A stretch of DNA of 48,351 bases, taken from positions 1-48,351 of the forward strand of contig CAZKJV010000001.1 in assembly GCA_964553175.1 (NCBI GenBank), given 5' to 3'. The position numbers were made by a program, and so were the translations under genes. The notes beneath the pieces are model-generated. The model saw only the letters and a list, made by a program, of their open reading frames with translations, ran no database searches and had not been told where the DNA came from. This DNA comes from an uncultured Muribaculaceae bacterium (lineage in GTDB: Bacteria; Cyanobacteriota; Vampirovibrionia; Gastranaerophilales; Gastranaerophilaceae). How positions within the stretch are numbered: position 1 is the first letter of the stretch; every line of letters starts with the position of its first letter. Positions 1 to 8,966 of the stretch are shown here, one piece after another.

Positions 1-133
1 ATATTATATATTTTTTGTGAAATTTTTCCATTTGTAAACATTTTTTGCAGTATCTTAAAACTTTTTCTTTTGGGTATGCATTTTTTATTCATTTTTAGTA
101 CAATAAATTTATACTTGAAAAGGAGTTTAAAGA

Positions 134-1411
134 ATGGAAAGATTTGTCGGTATTATCGGTATTATTGCTTTATTAGCTATGGCTTACGCTATGTCTAACA
201 ACAAAAAAGCAATAAATTATAAGACTGTTGGAGTGGGTTTAGCACTTCAAATTTTATTAGGGGTATTTATTTTTAAAGTTCCCGTTGGTCAATCAATATT
301 TTTATGGATTGGTAAATGCGTAGAAAAATTATTGTACTTTGCAAACGTTGGTGGTGAATTTACATTTGGCCCGTTGTTAAATAATGAAAAACTTTCTTTA
401 GTTTTCGGTAACGGTACAATGATTTTTGCTCTTCAATTGATTAGTGCAACAATTTTTATGATGATGATTGTAAATATTCTTTATTATTACGGAATTATGC
501 AACAAGTTGTTACTATCCTTGGTAAAGCAATGAACAAGTTAATGAAAGTTAGTGGTGCTGAAGCTTTGTCAAACGTTGCAAGTTGCTTTGTTGGCCAAGT
601 TACAGCTCAAATTATGATTAAACCATATCTTGCTAAATTAACTCGTTCTGAATTACTTTCTTCTATGGCAGGTTCTATGGCTTGTACCTCAGGTGCTATG
701 ATGCCGATTTACGCAATGATGGGTATTCCTATTCAATATGTTTTAGCCTCAGGTATTATGGCAATCCCTGGTGCTTTGGTTATGACAAAAATGGTTTATC
801 CGGAAACCGGTACTCCGGAAACAATGGAAAATATTAAATTAAGCAAAAGAAAAACTCACGCAAACGTTTTTGATGCTATTGCATCAGGTGCTGGTGAAGG
901 TATGATGGTTTCTTTGAACGTTGTTGCAATGTTATTGGCTATCGTGGCTTTGATTGCGTTACTTGATTTTATTTTAGCAACTTGCGGTGGATTTATTCAT
1001 AATTTATTCCACTTAACAGGACCTATCATTGGTTTTGATTTACCTCATTTATCTTTAAAAATGATTTTAGGTAAATTCTTTGCAATCTTTGCATTGATTA
1101 TGGGTACTCCTGTTCAAGATATTTTCAATGTAGGTGGCGTTATCGGTTTGAAAATTGTTTCAAATGAAGTTTTAGGTTACACAGATTTGATTTCTATTCA
1201 AAATATGATTTCAAATAAAGCGTTTGTAATCACATCTTTCGCTATTTGTTCGTTCGGTAACTTCGGTTCTATCGCAACTCAAATCGGTGCTATCGGTGGT
1301 CTTGCTCCAAACCAAAGAAAAAATCTTGCAAGATTGGGTATGAAAGCTTTGATTTGCGGTACATTTACTTGCTTTATGTCTGCTTGTATTGCAGGTATTT
1401 TAGTAGGTTAA
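134..1411 (+). CDS. nupC: Concentrative nucleoside transporter (NupC/CNT family), 425-aa polytopic membrane protein
   Basis: Full ORF. AAGGAG Shine-Dalgarno lies 8 nt upstream of the ATG. Multi-TM hydrophobic profile with a CNT-like conserved C-terminal half (FGNFGSIATQIGAIGGLAP). Followed by a strong hairpin terminator. Confidence 0.8.
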   Translation: MERFVGIIGIIALLAMAYAMSNNKKAINYKTVGVGLALQILLGVFIFKVPVGQSIFLWIGKCVEKLLYFANVGGEFTFGPLLNNEKLSLVFGNGTMIFALQLISATIFMMMIVNILYYYGIMQQVVTILGKAMNKLMKVSGAEALSNVASCFVGQVTAQIMIKPYLAKLTRSELLSSMAGSMACTSGAMMPIYAMMGIPIQYVLASGIMAIPGALVMTKMVYPETGTPETMENIKLSKRKTHANVFDAIASGAGEGMMVSLNVVAMLLAIVALIALLDFILATCGGFIHNLFHLTGPIIGFDLPHLSLKMILGKFFAIFALIMGTPVQDIFNVGGVIGLKIVSNEVLGYTDLISIQNMISNKAFVITSFAICSFGNFGSIATQIGAIGGLAPNQRKNLARLGMKALICGTFTCFMSACIAGILVG

Positions 1412-1436
1412 TTTATTAATTTATACATATAAGCAC

Positions 1437-1470
1437 AAAAACGACTTCATCATAGATGAAGTCGTTTTTC
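1437..1470. terminator. Bidirectional rho-independent terminator between nupC (+) and the small ORF (-)
   Basis: AAAAACGACTTCATC-ATA-GATGAAGTCGTTTTT is a perfect 11-bp GC-containing stem flanked by an A-tract on one side and a T-tract on the other, so it can terminate both strands. Confidence 0.8.
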
Positions 1471-1489
1471 TTATTAAAAATCTTTCAAA

Positions 1490-1648
1490 TTAAGCGTTGA
1501 ATGATGCTTCTGTTCCTGAAGAGTTGCCGTAACCTTCAAAAATAGTGTTAATAAATGCAACTTGTGGTTGTTGTTGCTGTGTTTTTTTATTTTCATCATC
1601 AAATTTAATTGCGTCTAAAGAACCAATTCCGCCAACTTGTCCAAACAT
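1490..1648 (-). CDS. Unlisted small ORF, 52 aa (MFGQVGGIGSLDAIKFDDENKKTQQQQPQVAFINTIFEGYGNSSGTEASFNA), hypothetical
   Basis: Hand-translated; below the 60-aa cutoff of the ORF track. GAGGAG lies 8 nt upstream of the ATG and an in-frame TAA closes the frame just upstream. The stop lies 20 nt before the bidirectional terminator. No family recognised. Confidence 0.5.
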   Translation of the reverse strand: MFGQVGGIGSLDAIKFDDENKKTQQQQPQVAFINTIFEGYGNSSGTEASFNA

Positions 1649-1774
1649 TTTAATTTCTCCTCTGTGTTAATTACCTCTGCATGTATATAAAGTATTTTTT
1701 TTATAAAAAATTGCAGGCATGGAGTGAAATATGAAGAAATGTTAACAAAAATCTTTGTAAATATGTTTAATATA

Positions 1775-1802
1775 CAAAAAAAGCCCTTTAAATAAAGGCT
1801 TT
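1775..1802 (-). terminator. Likely intrinsic terminator ending the minus-strand gmhA operon
   Basis: On the minus strand, an AAAGCC..TTTA/TAAA..GGGCTT hairpin (one bulged C) is followed by T7, about 20 nt after the gmhA stop. Confidence 0.5.
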
Positions 1803-1824
1803 AGGTGTTATTTATAAATGTTAA

Positions 1825-2400
1825 TTATTTTAATAATTCTTCTTCAACAAGTAAACAAATTAAATGTCCGAGCATCATCGTTGCTTCTTGAATATTTGGA
1901 GTTTCCTTTGATGGAATTTTTATAAGGATTGAGCAAATATTGTCCATTTCTGTTTTTTGCTCTCCTGTGAAGCCAATTGTTGTAAGTCCCATTTCATTTG
2001 CAACGTTAATTGAATTTACAACGTTTTTTGAATTTCCGGAAGTAGACAATGCAAAAAGTATATCGCCTTTTTTTCCAATCGCTTCAATTTGTCTTGAAAA
2101 AGCTTTTTCGTAGCTGAAATCGTTTGAAAGAGCTGTAATCAAGGCATTATTTGATGTTAAAGATAGAGCGTTAAATGCGTGTCTGTCTTTATAAAATTTT
2201 GATACAAATTCAGTTGCTAAATGGTCGCAATCACTTGCAGAACCACCATTTCCAACAAACAAGATTTTGTTTTCGTTTTTTAGAGCGTTCGTAATCGTAT
2301 TTGTTATTTCTTTTATTTTGTTTAGGATTTCGTCGTTTTCTAAAATCTGTTGTTTTGTCGTTATCGAATTTTGTATGTAGTCTGTTATTTTACTATGCAT
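1825..2400 (-). CDS. gmhA: D-sedoheptulose-7-phosphate isomerase (SIS domain)
   Basis: 191 aa. GNGGSASDCDHLATEF and STSGNS motifs are typical of GmhA/SIS. Its start overlaps the upstream gene end by 8 nt. Confidence 0.85.
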   Translation of the reverse strand: MHSKITDYIQNSITTKQQILENDEILNKIKEITNTITNALKNENKILFVGNGGSASDCDHLATEFVSKFYKDRHAFNALSLTSNNALITALSNDFSYEKAFSRQIEAIGKKGDILFALSTSGNSKNVVNSINVANEMGLTTIGFTGEQKTEMDNICSILIKIPSKETPNIQEATMMLGHLICLLVEEELLK

Positions 2401-2773
2401 GGCTTTTCTCTATTAATTCTACTTCGTTTCCGTCAGGGTCTTTTACGAATGCAATTTTTGTTCCAGAAAAAATTACGTATGGTTCGTATAGATATTCGTA
2501 ACCCAAAGATTTCATTTTTTCTGAGAATTCGTCCATTGATTTAACAGAAAAAGCAAAGTGTCCGAATGCGTTGCCGTTTTCGTATCCGTTTTCAGGAATT
2601 TCGTCGTTAACTGTCAATTCGATTTGTGCTGTGTGTTCTTCGTCTTCTAAGTATATTAGTTCACAATCGTCTAATCTTTTCTTTTTAACGATAGACATGT
2701 TCATCAAATTTTGATAAAAATTTAATGATTTTTCCACATCTTTAACTCTAATCATTGCGTGTAAAAATTTCAT
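2393..2773 (-). CDS. gloA: Glyoxalase I / VOC-family protein (lactoylglutathione lyase-like)
   Basis: 126 aa. HAMIRVKD...FY and GHFAF...DPDGNEVELIE are the paired beta-alpha-beta-beta-beta VOC signature. Coupled to its flanking genes. Confidence 0.75.
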   Translation of the reverse strand: MKFLHAMIRVKDVEKSLNFYQNLMNMSIVKKKRLDDCELIYLEDEEHTAQIELTVNDEIPENGYENGNAFGHFAFSVKSMDEFSEKMKSLGYEYLYEPYVIFSGTKIAFVKDPDGNEVELIEKSHA

Positions 2774-3252
2774 TAATTATCCTTTCTTAGCATAACGACA
2801 GCATTTGTTTCTATTGCAAGTTTTTCCCCAACTGCGTCCATTTTTTCGTTTGTTTTTGCTTTTATTGAAATCAAGTTTACATCAATCATGAGGATTTTTG
2901 CAAGTTCTTCCCTCATTTTTTGAATATGAGGTTTCATTTTTGGCTCTTGAGCAATAATATTGCAATCAATATTATTTATAACATAACCCTCATTATGGAT
3001 TAATTGGTTTGCGTGTTTTAGTAAAATTACGCTTGAAATATTTTTGTAAGCTTCATCAGTATCAGGGAAATGCGTTCCGATATCGCCCAATGCTAATGCC
3101 CCGAACATACCGTCTATGATTGCGTGGATTAAAACATCTGCGTCTGAATGTCCGACAAGTCCTTTTTCGTGAGGAATTTTTATTCCGCCGATAATCAAAT
3201 CTCTATCGTAATCAAGTCTATGTATGTCGTATCCTAAGCCAATTCTATACAT
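2773..3252 (-). CDS. ispF: 2-C-methyl-D-erythritol 2,4-cyclodiphosphate synthase
   Basis: 159 aa. IGLGYDIHRL, GHSDADVLIHAIIDG and GDIGTHFPDTD are hallmark IspF motifs. Confidence 0.95.
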   Translation of the reverse strand: MYRIGLGYDIHRLDYDRDLIIGGIKIPHEKGLVGHSDADVLIHAIIDGMFGALALGDIGTHFPDTDEAYKNISSVILLKHANQLIHNEGYVINNIDCNIIAQEPKMKPHIQKMREELAKILMIDVNLISIKAKTNEKMDAVGEKLAIETNAVVMLRKDN

Positions 3253-4057
3253 TCGCCCCTACTTTCACAAATTTTTCTACGGCTTTTATAAATCCGTCGT
3301 TTTCAACCGTATCTGTTACAAAGTCCGCTATATTCTTTAACTCTTGAACTCCATTACCCATGGCAACTTTTACACCGCCTGCTAAAAGTAGTTCAATGTC
3401 GTTGTTGTGGTCGCCGATAGTTAGAGTTTCTTCTTTTGAAATTCCAAGTGTTTTTTGAATACATCTTAAACCGTCGCCTTTTGTTGCTTCTTTGTGGCAA
3501 ACTTCACAGAAATAGTCTGTTGATTTTACGATAAATAATTCAGGAAAATCGTTTTGAAGTTCTTTTGTTATTTTTGTAATTTTTTCAGCGTCGTTGTAAT
3601 CAATCAAAAGAATTTTGTTTATATTTTTTAATTCTAAATCTTCAAACGGAGTTACACTGAACGGAATTTTTTGATGTGTTGCGTATTTTAGTGTAAATTC
3701 GTTTTCTTTTTCAACGTACAAATCGTCATTCATATATAAATTTACGTGGACATTTTTTGATTTTGTCCAGTCTAAAATTTTTCTTGCGGTTTGAGTTGGA
3801 ATATATCTTTCATAAAGTACGTTTTCCTGTGGCGTATTGTCTTTTACTAATGCCCCTTGATAAGATACGATATGAGTTTGAAGCCCTAAAAATTCCGCAA
3901 TTTTTTTTGCTGATTTGTGCATTCTTCCCGTAACAAGGACGATTTTTATTCCTGATTTTTGCAAATTATGAATACATTCAATCACCGCAGGATTAAATTC
4001 TCCGCTGTGTTTTAAAATCGTTCCGTCAATATCGGTAGCTATCATTTTTATTGTCAT
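3245..4057 (-). CDS. Cof-type HAD-IIB family phosphatase
   Basis: 270 aa. DIDGT motif I, VTGR motif II and GDHNNDIELL motif IV. Overlaps the ispF start by 8 nt. Confidence 0.85.
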   Translation of the reverse strand: MTIKMIATDIDGTILKHSGEFNPAVIECIHNLQKSGIKIVLVTGRMHKSAKKIAEFLGLQTHIVSYQGALVKDNTPQENVLYERYIPTQTARKILDWTKSKNVHVNLYMNDDLYVEKENEFTLKYATHQKIPFSVTPFEDLELKNINKILLIDYNDAEKITKITKELQNDFPELFIVKSTDYFCEVCHKEATKGDGLRCIQKTLGISKEETLTIGDHNNDIELLLAGGVKVAMGNGVQELKNIADFVTDTVENDGFIKAVEKFVKVGANV

Positions 4058-4082
4058 TTTTTATTTCCTTAATTAATAAAAA

Positions 4083-4610
4083 TTATACTTTATATGCTCT
4101 TAATAGTCCGCATAAAGTTTTTGAGTCGTTAATTTCGCCGTTTTTTATCATATTGAATACGTCTTCTAGCTTGTATTCAAAAGCTTGGATAATTTCACCC
4201 TCATCAGGGTTAGGCTTTGTATATGTTAAATCTTTTGCATAGTATAAATATAATTTTTCATCACAAATTCCCGGGGTTGTGAAAATATATCCTAATGATT
4301 TCCAAGTTTTTGCGACATATCCTGTTTCTTCTTCAAGTTCTCTTTTTGCTGCATCGTCAGGATTTTCACCGTATTCAAGTTTGCCTGCAGGAAGTTCAAT
4401 TGATACTGATTTTAGCGGGTATCTATACTGTTTTACCAATAAAATAGTGTTTTCGTCTTTTTCTGCAACGATAACAACTCCACCGGGGTGGCGGATTACT
4501 TCTCTAAAACTTTTGTGACCGTCTGAAGTTTCAATATCGTCGTAATCTACAAATACAACTTTTCCGTCGTAAACTCTTTTTGTTGATAATGTTTTTTCGT
4601 TAAAATCCAT
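4083..4610 (-). CDS. NUDIX hydrolase, ADP-ribose pyrophosphatase-like
   Basis: 175 aa. Nudix box GKLEYGENPDDAAKRELEEETGY. N-terminal beta region as in NudF/ADPRase. Confidence 0.85.
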   Translation of the reverse strand: MDFNEKTLSTKRVYDGKVVFVDYDDIETSDGHKSFREVIRHPGGVVIVAEKDENTILLVKQYRYPLKSVSIELPAGKLEYGENPDDAAKRELEEETGYVAKTWKSLGYIFTTPGICDEKLYLYYAKDLTYTKPNPDEGEIIQAFEYKLEDVFNMIKNGEINDSKTLCGLLRAYKV

Positions 4611-4620
4611 AAATTTTTCC

Positions 4621-5790
4621 TTATAATGCTTGTATTATTGATTTTATTTCTTCGCTTGAAACGTTTTTTAATGCAATTTCTTTATCTTGCGTTGTTAAAT
4701 TTGCTGAAAGTTTTAAAGTTTCTAATGTTTTTAAAATAACTGTTTGATTGTTTGTTTCAAGTAGTTGTTTTAAAAGTTCCGTATTTTTAATTAATTCTAT
4801 TGCCGATAAAACAAAATCGCTTTCGGTATTTAATTCTTTTTGTATAAAATCGTCTAAATTGTCATTTATGTTTGAGTTTAGTAATTTTTTTATTGCGTTA
4901 ACTTCGTCTTTTGTGTTTTTGTCTTCGTCAAATAAATATTCGTCGTTTTCTGTTAGCAGATTGAATTTGTTTTTTGCAGTTAATAAAATTATAGCATTTT
5001 TTGAAGTTGGTTCTGAAAAAATAAGTTTTTCAAAAATCTCATACATTTGAAATGTGAAAACATCTGATAACGGAATGATTTCGCCTAAACCTTGCAAAAT
5101 ATTGTTAATTGCAAGCAAAGTGTCATTATGAAAATCTGTTTCTAAAAGTTCTAAAAAGCTTTCCATATAGCCGATTTCACAAGCAATATATTCAGAAACA
5201 GACGATTTTTTCATAATCTCAAAAATATTTTTGAGTGCGTTTTTTTCACCGTATGCAGAAATGAATTTTACGGCAGAAAGTACTTCAAAATCGTCATTTG
5301 AGTTTAATTTTGAAATTGCATCTTCAATTCCCGTACGTTCTTGCATTGATGAAAGAGCCGTTGCACAATTTATAGCAAGTGGTTCAAATTCAGAATATGC
5401 GTGTTTTTTTAAGTCTTCAATCGAAGCTTGTACGGTTTTAAAAGAAAAATATTTTGCAGAATATGTTTTTTCTTCATCTGAGCCGTTTTTTAGTAAATCG
5501 AGCATTGTTTCGTCAATACTTTCATCTGAATATTTTGCCAAAATTTCAGCAATAAATTCATCGTATGACGGTGAATAAAATTTTAAAAATTGCAATAAAT
5601 TTTTGAAATTGTCCTTGTTGCAAGCGTTTTTTAAGCGTTTTGCAACGTTTTGTTTTATAAAATCAAACAAAAAATCGTCTTTTGAAATTAATTCTTCAAA
5701 AGATTTTACGTCAACTTCATCAATGATATGTGCAGCAGCTTGCTCATAATCATTTTGATTTTTGCCTGTAAGTTTTTTAATCCAGTCCAT
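4621..5790 (-). CDS. Hypothetical all-helical protein with HEAT/PBS-lyase-like repeats
   Basis: 389 aa, E/K/L-rich. Recurring helical hairpins of about 30 aa (LLKNGSDEEKTYSAKYF, KLNSNDDFEVLSAVKFISAYG). Stop/start spacing to its neighbours is 2-10 nt. Confidence 0.6.
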   Translation of the reverse strand: MDWIKKLTGKNQNDYEQAAAHIIDEVDVKSFEELISKDDFLFDFIKQNVAKRLKNACNKDNFKNLLQFLKFYSPSYDEFIAEILAKYSDESIDETMLDLLKNGSDEEKTYSAKYFSFKTVQASIEDLKKHAYSEFEPLAINCATALSSMQERTGIEDAISKLNSNDDFEVLSAVKFISAYGEKNALKNIFEIMKKSSVSEYIACEIGYMESFLELLETDFHNDTLLAINNILQGLGEIIPLSDVFTFQMYEIFEKLIFSEPTSKNAIILLTAKNKFNLLTENDEYLFDEDKNTKDEVNAIKKLLNSNINDNLDDFIQKELNTESDFVLSAIELIKNTELLKQLLETNNQTVILKTLETLKLSANLTTQDKEIALKNVSSEEIKSIIQAL

Positions 5791-5792
5791 TA

Positions 5793-6383
5793 TTAATCAA
5801 GATAAAAAGCAGTAATTACTTTATGTCCTTCTTCAGCGTATTCAATTGCACCATGTAAAGTTTTACTTGTGTGTGACAAGAAACAAATTAATTGGTTACA
5901 ATCGTCAATAATTTCTCTGTTGCAAACTCTTGATGCGTCAGCAAGTGTCATCATTGCACGGTCTGGGTGTTCTACAATGTTTGGAACACCGATTAATTGG
6001 TCTTGAACGTCTGATGGTTGTTGACCGATTGTTTGAGGTAATATAACTTTTAATTTATCAGGGTTTGCTTTCATTGCACCACGGATTGTAGCTGCGTTTG
6101 TACCAGAAGAACCGCCTGATGTGATAATTGTGTTTCCTTGTTGAGCCAATGCTGTAACAAGTGTTTCTATAATTTGTTGGTGGGTTATTGCTAAATTTCT
6201 GCTGCCGATAACCGCAATTCTTTTTGCAGATTGTTGAATTGTTGCTAATTCCATTGCAAGTTCGTCTACTGTATCCGGTGAATCACTTGAAACTGAATCT
6301 AAATCATCAAGAGGTACCATGATTGAACCTTGTGAACTTTCATTGTCTTCGCCTAATAGTTTAATTGTTTCAATATCTGCCAT
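5793..6383 (-). CDS. DprA/Smf-like Rossmann (SLOG superfamily) protein
   Basis: IAVIGSRN...IITSGGSSGTNAATIRGA resembles the DprA GSR...SG.A.G.D..AH.GA core, preceded by an acidic N-terminal tail. The ATG at 6383 has AAGGTAGGG upstream. The ORF-track start at 6407 has no SD and overlaps the pcrA -35 box. Confidence 0.6.
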   Translation of the reverse strand: MADIETIKLLGEDNESSQGSIMVPLDDLDSVSSDSPDTVDELAMELATIQQSAKRIAVIGSRNLAITHQQIIETLVTALAQQGNTIITSGGSSGTNAATIRGAMKANPDKLKVILPQTIGQQPSDVQDQLIGVPNIVEHPDRAMMTLADASRVCNREIIDDCNQLICFLSHTSKTLHGAIEYAEEGHKVITAFYLD

Positions 6384-6395
6384 TTTCCCTACCTT

Positions 6396-6424
6396 TTGCA
6401 AAATCATGTCTTTTTTATTATAAT
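6396..6424 (+). promoter_or_regulatory. Sigma70-type promoter for pcrA (TTGCAA-N17-TATAAT)
   Basis: TTGCAA at 6396-6401, a 17-nt spacer and TATAAT at 6419-6424, 36 nt upstream of the pcrA ATG (SD AGGGGA). Confidence 0.55.
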
Positions 6425-6460
6425 TATATTAACATAAAAATAATTTTGTGAATAGGGGAT

Positions 6461-8935
6461 ATGGAAAATATATTAGATAATCTTAACGAAAGACAAGTTG
6501 AGGCTGTTAAAACCGTAAAAGGACCTTTATTAGTGCTTGCAGGTGCAGGTTCGGGTAAAACTAAGGTTTTGACCTCACGTATTGCGTATCTTGTGCAAAA
6601 CGGTGTTAAGCCTCGTGAAATTTTAGCAGTTACGTTTACAAATAAAGCTGCTAAAGAAATGCGTGAACGTTTAGGAAATATCTTAGGCGAAGAAACTGTA
6701 AAATATATGTGGGTAGGTACTTTCCACAGTATTTGCGGACGTATTTTAAGACAAGATATTGAAAATTATAATTTCCAATCAGGTAAAAAATTAGACCATA
6801 ATTTTACTATTTATGATGATTCTGATTGCATGGCGGTTGTTAAAAATGCAATAAAAAAACTTAATCTTGATGATAAAGTTTACCAACCGAAATATGTTAG
6901 AGCTGTTATTTCAAACGCAAAAAACAGAATGGAAGACGCTCATCATTTTGCAACTTTTGCAAGAGATTTTAAGGCTCAAAAAATCGCTGCGATATTTGAA
7001 GAGTATGAAAATACTTTAAATAACAACAATGCAATTGATTTTGATGACATGTTAATGTTAACGGTAAAATTATTTGAACAAAATCCGGAAGTCAGAGAAA
7101 AATATTACGCACGTTTTCAACATATTTTAGTTGACGAGTTTCAAGATACAAATATTGCACAATATAAGCTTGTGAACATGTTGTTTACTAATTTATTATC
7201 TGAAATTCCAGAGGAACGTTCATTGTGTGTTGTTGGTGATGTTGACCAATCAATTTACAGTTGGCGTGGTGCTGATTACAAAATTATTTTAGGCTTCCAA
7301 AAAGATTTTTTAAATACAAAAATAATTAAATTGGAACAAAATTATCGCTCAACAGAAAACATTTTAAAGGCAGCAAATGCCATCATTGAAAACAATGAAG
7401 AACGTGTTGAAAAAGTTCTTTTTTCTCAAAAAGGTGATGGCGAAAAGATTTGTTATTACGAGGCTCAAGACGATTCCGACGAGGCAAATTATATTGCTGA
7501 AACAATTAAGTCAACTTGTGATGATGATTTTAACAAATATGCAATTTTATACAGAACAAACGCACAATCTCGTGCAATTGAAGAAGCCTGTATGGCAAAC
7601 GGTATTCCGTACAGAGTTTATGGCGGTATGAAATTCTATGACCGTCAAGAAATTAAAGATGCTATTGCGTATCTAAAATTAATTTATAACCCGAATGATT
7701 CTCAAAGCTTTAAACGTATTGTAAATGTTCCAAAACGTGCAATCGGTGAAACTTCTATATCTAATTTGCAAAAATTTGCCGATGAAAAAGATATAAGTTT
7801 AATGCAAGCTATTGAAATTGTTGAAGAATCGGAATTAAATGCGAAAACTCAAACAAAATTGAAAGAATTTAAAGATTTGATTGATAAATTTAGAGAAGTT
7901 TATTCAAACTATAATCTGGCAGAGTTTTTAGGTTTAGTTTTGGAAAAAACAGGTTATATCAGAATGCTTCAAGTTGAGGGTACGCCTGAAGATGAGGCAA
8001 GAATTGAAAACTTGCAAGAGTTGATTAACGTTGCAACAGAATTTGAGCCTGAAGATTTAAACAATGTCTTGGGTGAATTTTTATCGCAAGTGGCACTTGT
8101 TTCTGATATTGACGGAATGGACGAAATTGCTAACAATGTTACTTTAATGACTTTACACTCAGCAAAAGGTTTGGAATTCCCGATTGTTTTCCTTGCAGGG
8201 CTTGAAGAAGGGACTTTCCCTCATCAAAGAACATTTAATTCTCCAAGCGAGGTAGAGGAAGAACGTCGTTTGATGTATGTTGGAGTTACAAGGGCTGAAC
8301 AAAAGTTATATTTGACTTCCGCAAAAAGACGTCAAACTTGGGGTGAATATAAATATTACAATCCAAGTAGATTTTTAGAGGAAATTCCCGCAAATCTTTT
8401 AGAATCAACGACATCTTCTGATACTATTACAAGTAAGTCTACTTTTAAAAGTGCTGTACAAAAAATTAAAAGTACATCGTCTTCTTCGTTTGATTCAGAC
8501 GGTTACGTTAGACCTACGATAGGTTTTGGGGCTAATTTTGTTGCTCCGTCAAGAAAAAAATATGAAGCACCTCAATATAATACGGTGAAAAGAACTCCTC
8601 CGAAAGCTTTTATTAAAAAATCTACTATAAACAAACAACGTGAAGAAGAAAAAATTAAAGCTTTTTTTGAAGATAATAAAATAAAACGAATGGTTGAGGA
8701 AAAACGTAAGAAAGAACTTGAGCAAGTTCGTTTGAAAGAAGAACAATTAAAACAACAAGCAGAGGGTGTTCAATATTTCTTCTCAGCAGGTGAAAAAGTT
8801 TTCCATGAACATTTAGGATTTGGTGAAATCGTTGATGTTATTGAAGTTGGCGAAAGTCTAATGTATACCATTGATTTTGGAAAAATGGGTAAAAAAGCAA
8901 TGGACGCAAATTACGCACGCTTGAAAAAAGTTTAA
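6461..8935 (+). CDS. pcrA: ATP-dependent DNA helicase PcrA/UvrD (SF1A) with a long C-terminal extension
   Basis: 824 aa. Helicase motifs AGAGSGKT, DEFQDTN, VGDVDQSIYSWRGA, NYRS, TLHSAKGLEF and YVGVTRAE. C-terminal K/E-rich coil plus a small beta domain (GEKVFHEHLGFGEIVDV). Confidence 0.95.
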   Translation: MENILDNLNERQVEAVKTVKGPLLVLAGAGSGKTKVLTSRIAYLVQNGVKPREILAVTFTNKAAKEMRERLGNILGEETVKYMWVGTFHSICGRILRQDIENYNFQSGKKLDHNFTIYDDSDCMAVVKNAIKKLNLDDKVYQPKYVRAVISNAKNRMEDAHHFATFARDFKAQKIAAIFEEYENTLNNNNAIDFDDMLMLTVKLFEQNPEVREKYYARFQHILVDEFQDTNIAQYKLVNMLFTNLLSEIPEERSLCVVGDVDQSIYSWRGADYKIILGFQKDFLNTKIIKLEQNYRSTENILKAANAIIENNEERVEKVLFSQKGDGEKICYYEAQDDSDEANYIAETIKSTCDDDFNKYAILYRTNAQSRAIEEACMANGIPYRVYGGMKFYDRQEIKDAIAYLKLIYNPNDSQSFKRIVNVPKRAIGETSISNLQKFADEKDISLMQAIEIVEESELNAKTQTKLKEFKDLIDKFREVYSNYNLAEFLGLVLEKTGYIRMLQVEGTPEDEARIENLQELINVATEFEPEDLNNVLGEFLSQVALVSDIDGMDEIANNVTLMTLHSAKGLEFPIVFLAGLEEGTFPHQRTFNSPSEVEEERRLMYVGVTRAEQKLYLTSAKRRQTWGEYKYYNPSRFLEEIPANLLESTTSSDTITSKSTFKSAVQKIKSTSSSSFDSDGYVRPTIGFGANFVAPSRKKYEAPQYNTVKRTPPKAFIKKSTINKQREEEKIKAFFEDNKIKRMVEEKRKKELEQVRLKEEQLKQQAEGVQYFFSAGEKVFHEHLGFGEIVDVIEVGESLMYTIDFGKMGKKAMDANYARLKKV

Positions 8936-8966
8936 ATAACGTCATTTGAAGATAATAAAAATAAGA

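Noticed and set aside
1628-1648. Double-glycine leader (MFGQVGG) on the 52-aa small ORF, as a substrate for the C39-type exporter.
   Set aside because: A 7-residue segment is far shorter than the 15-25-aa GG leaders. The exporter's C39-like domain lacks the catalytic Cys and His. The two loci are also 15 kb apart.
2301-2544. Plus-strand ORFs 2301-2501 and 2350-2544, and similar short ORFs opposite known genes (4051-4242, 4279-4518, 4748-5050, 5231-5578, 12590-12811, 14056-14352, 35491-35676, 40291-40605, 43432-43899, 45590-45898).
   Set aside because: All lie antisense to, or out of frame within, well-supported conserved genes. They have F/L/S-rich low-complexity composition typical of AT-rich antisense frames and lack SD motifs.
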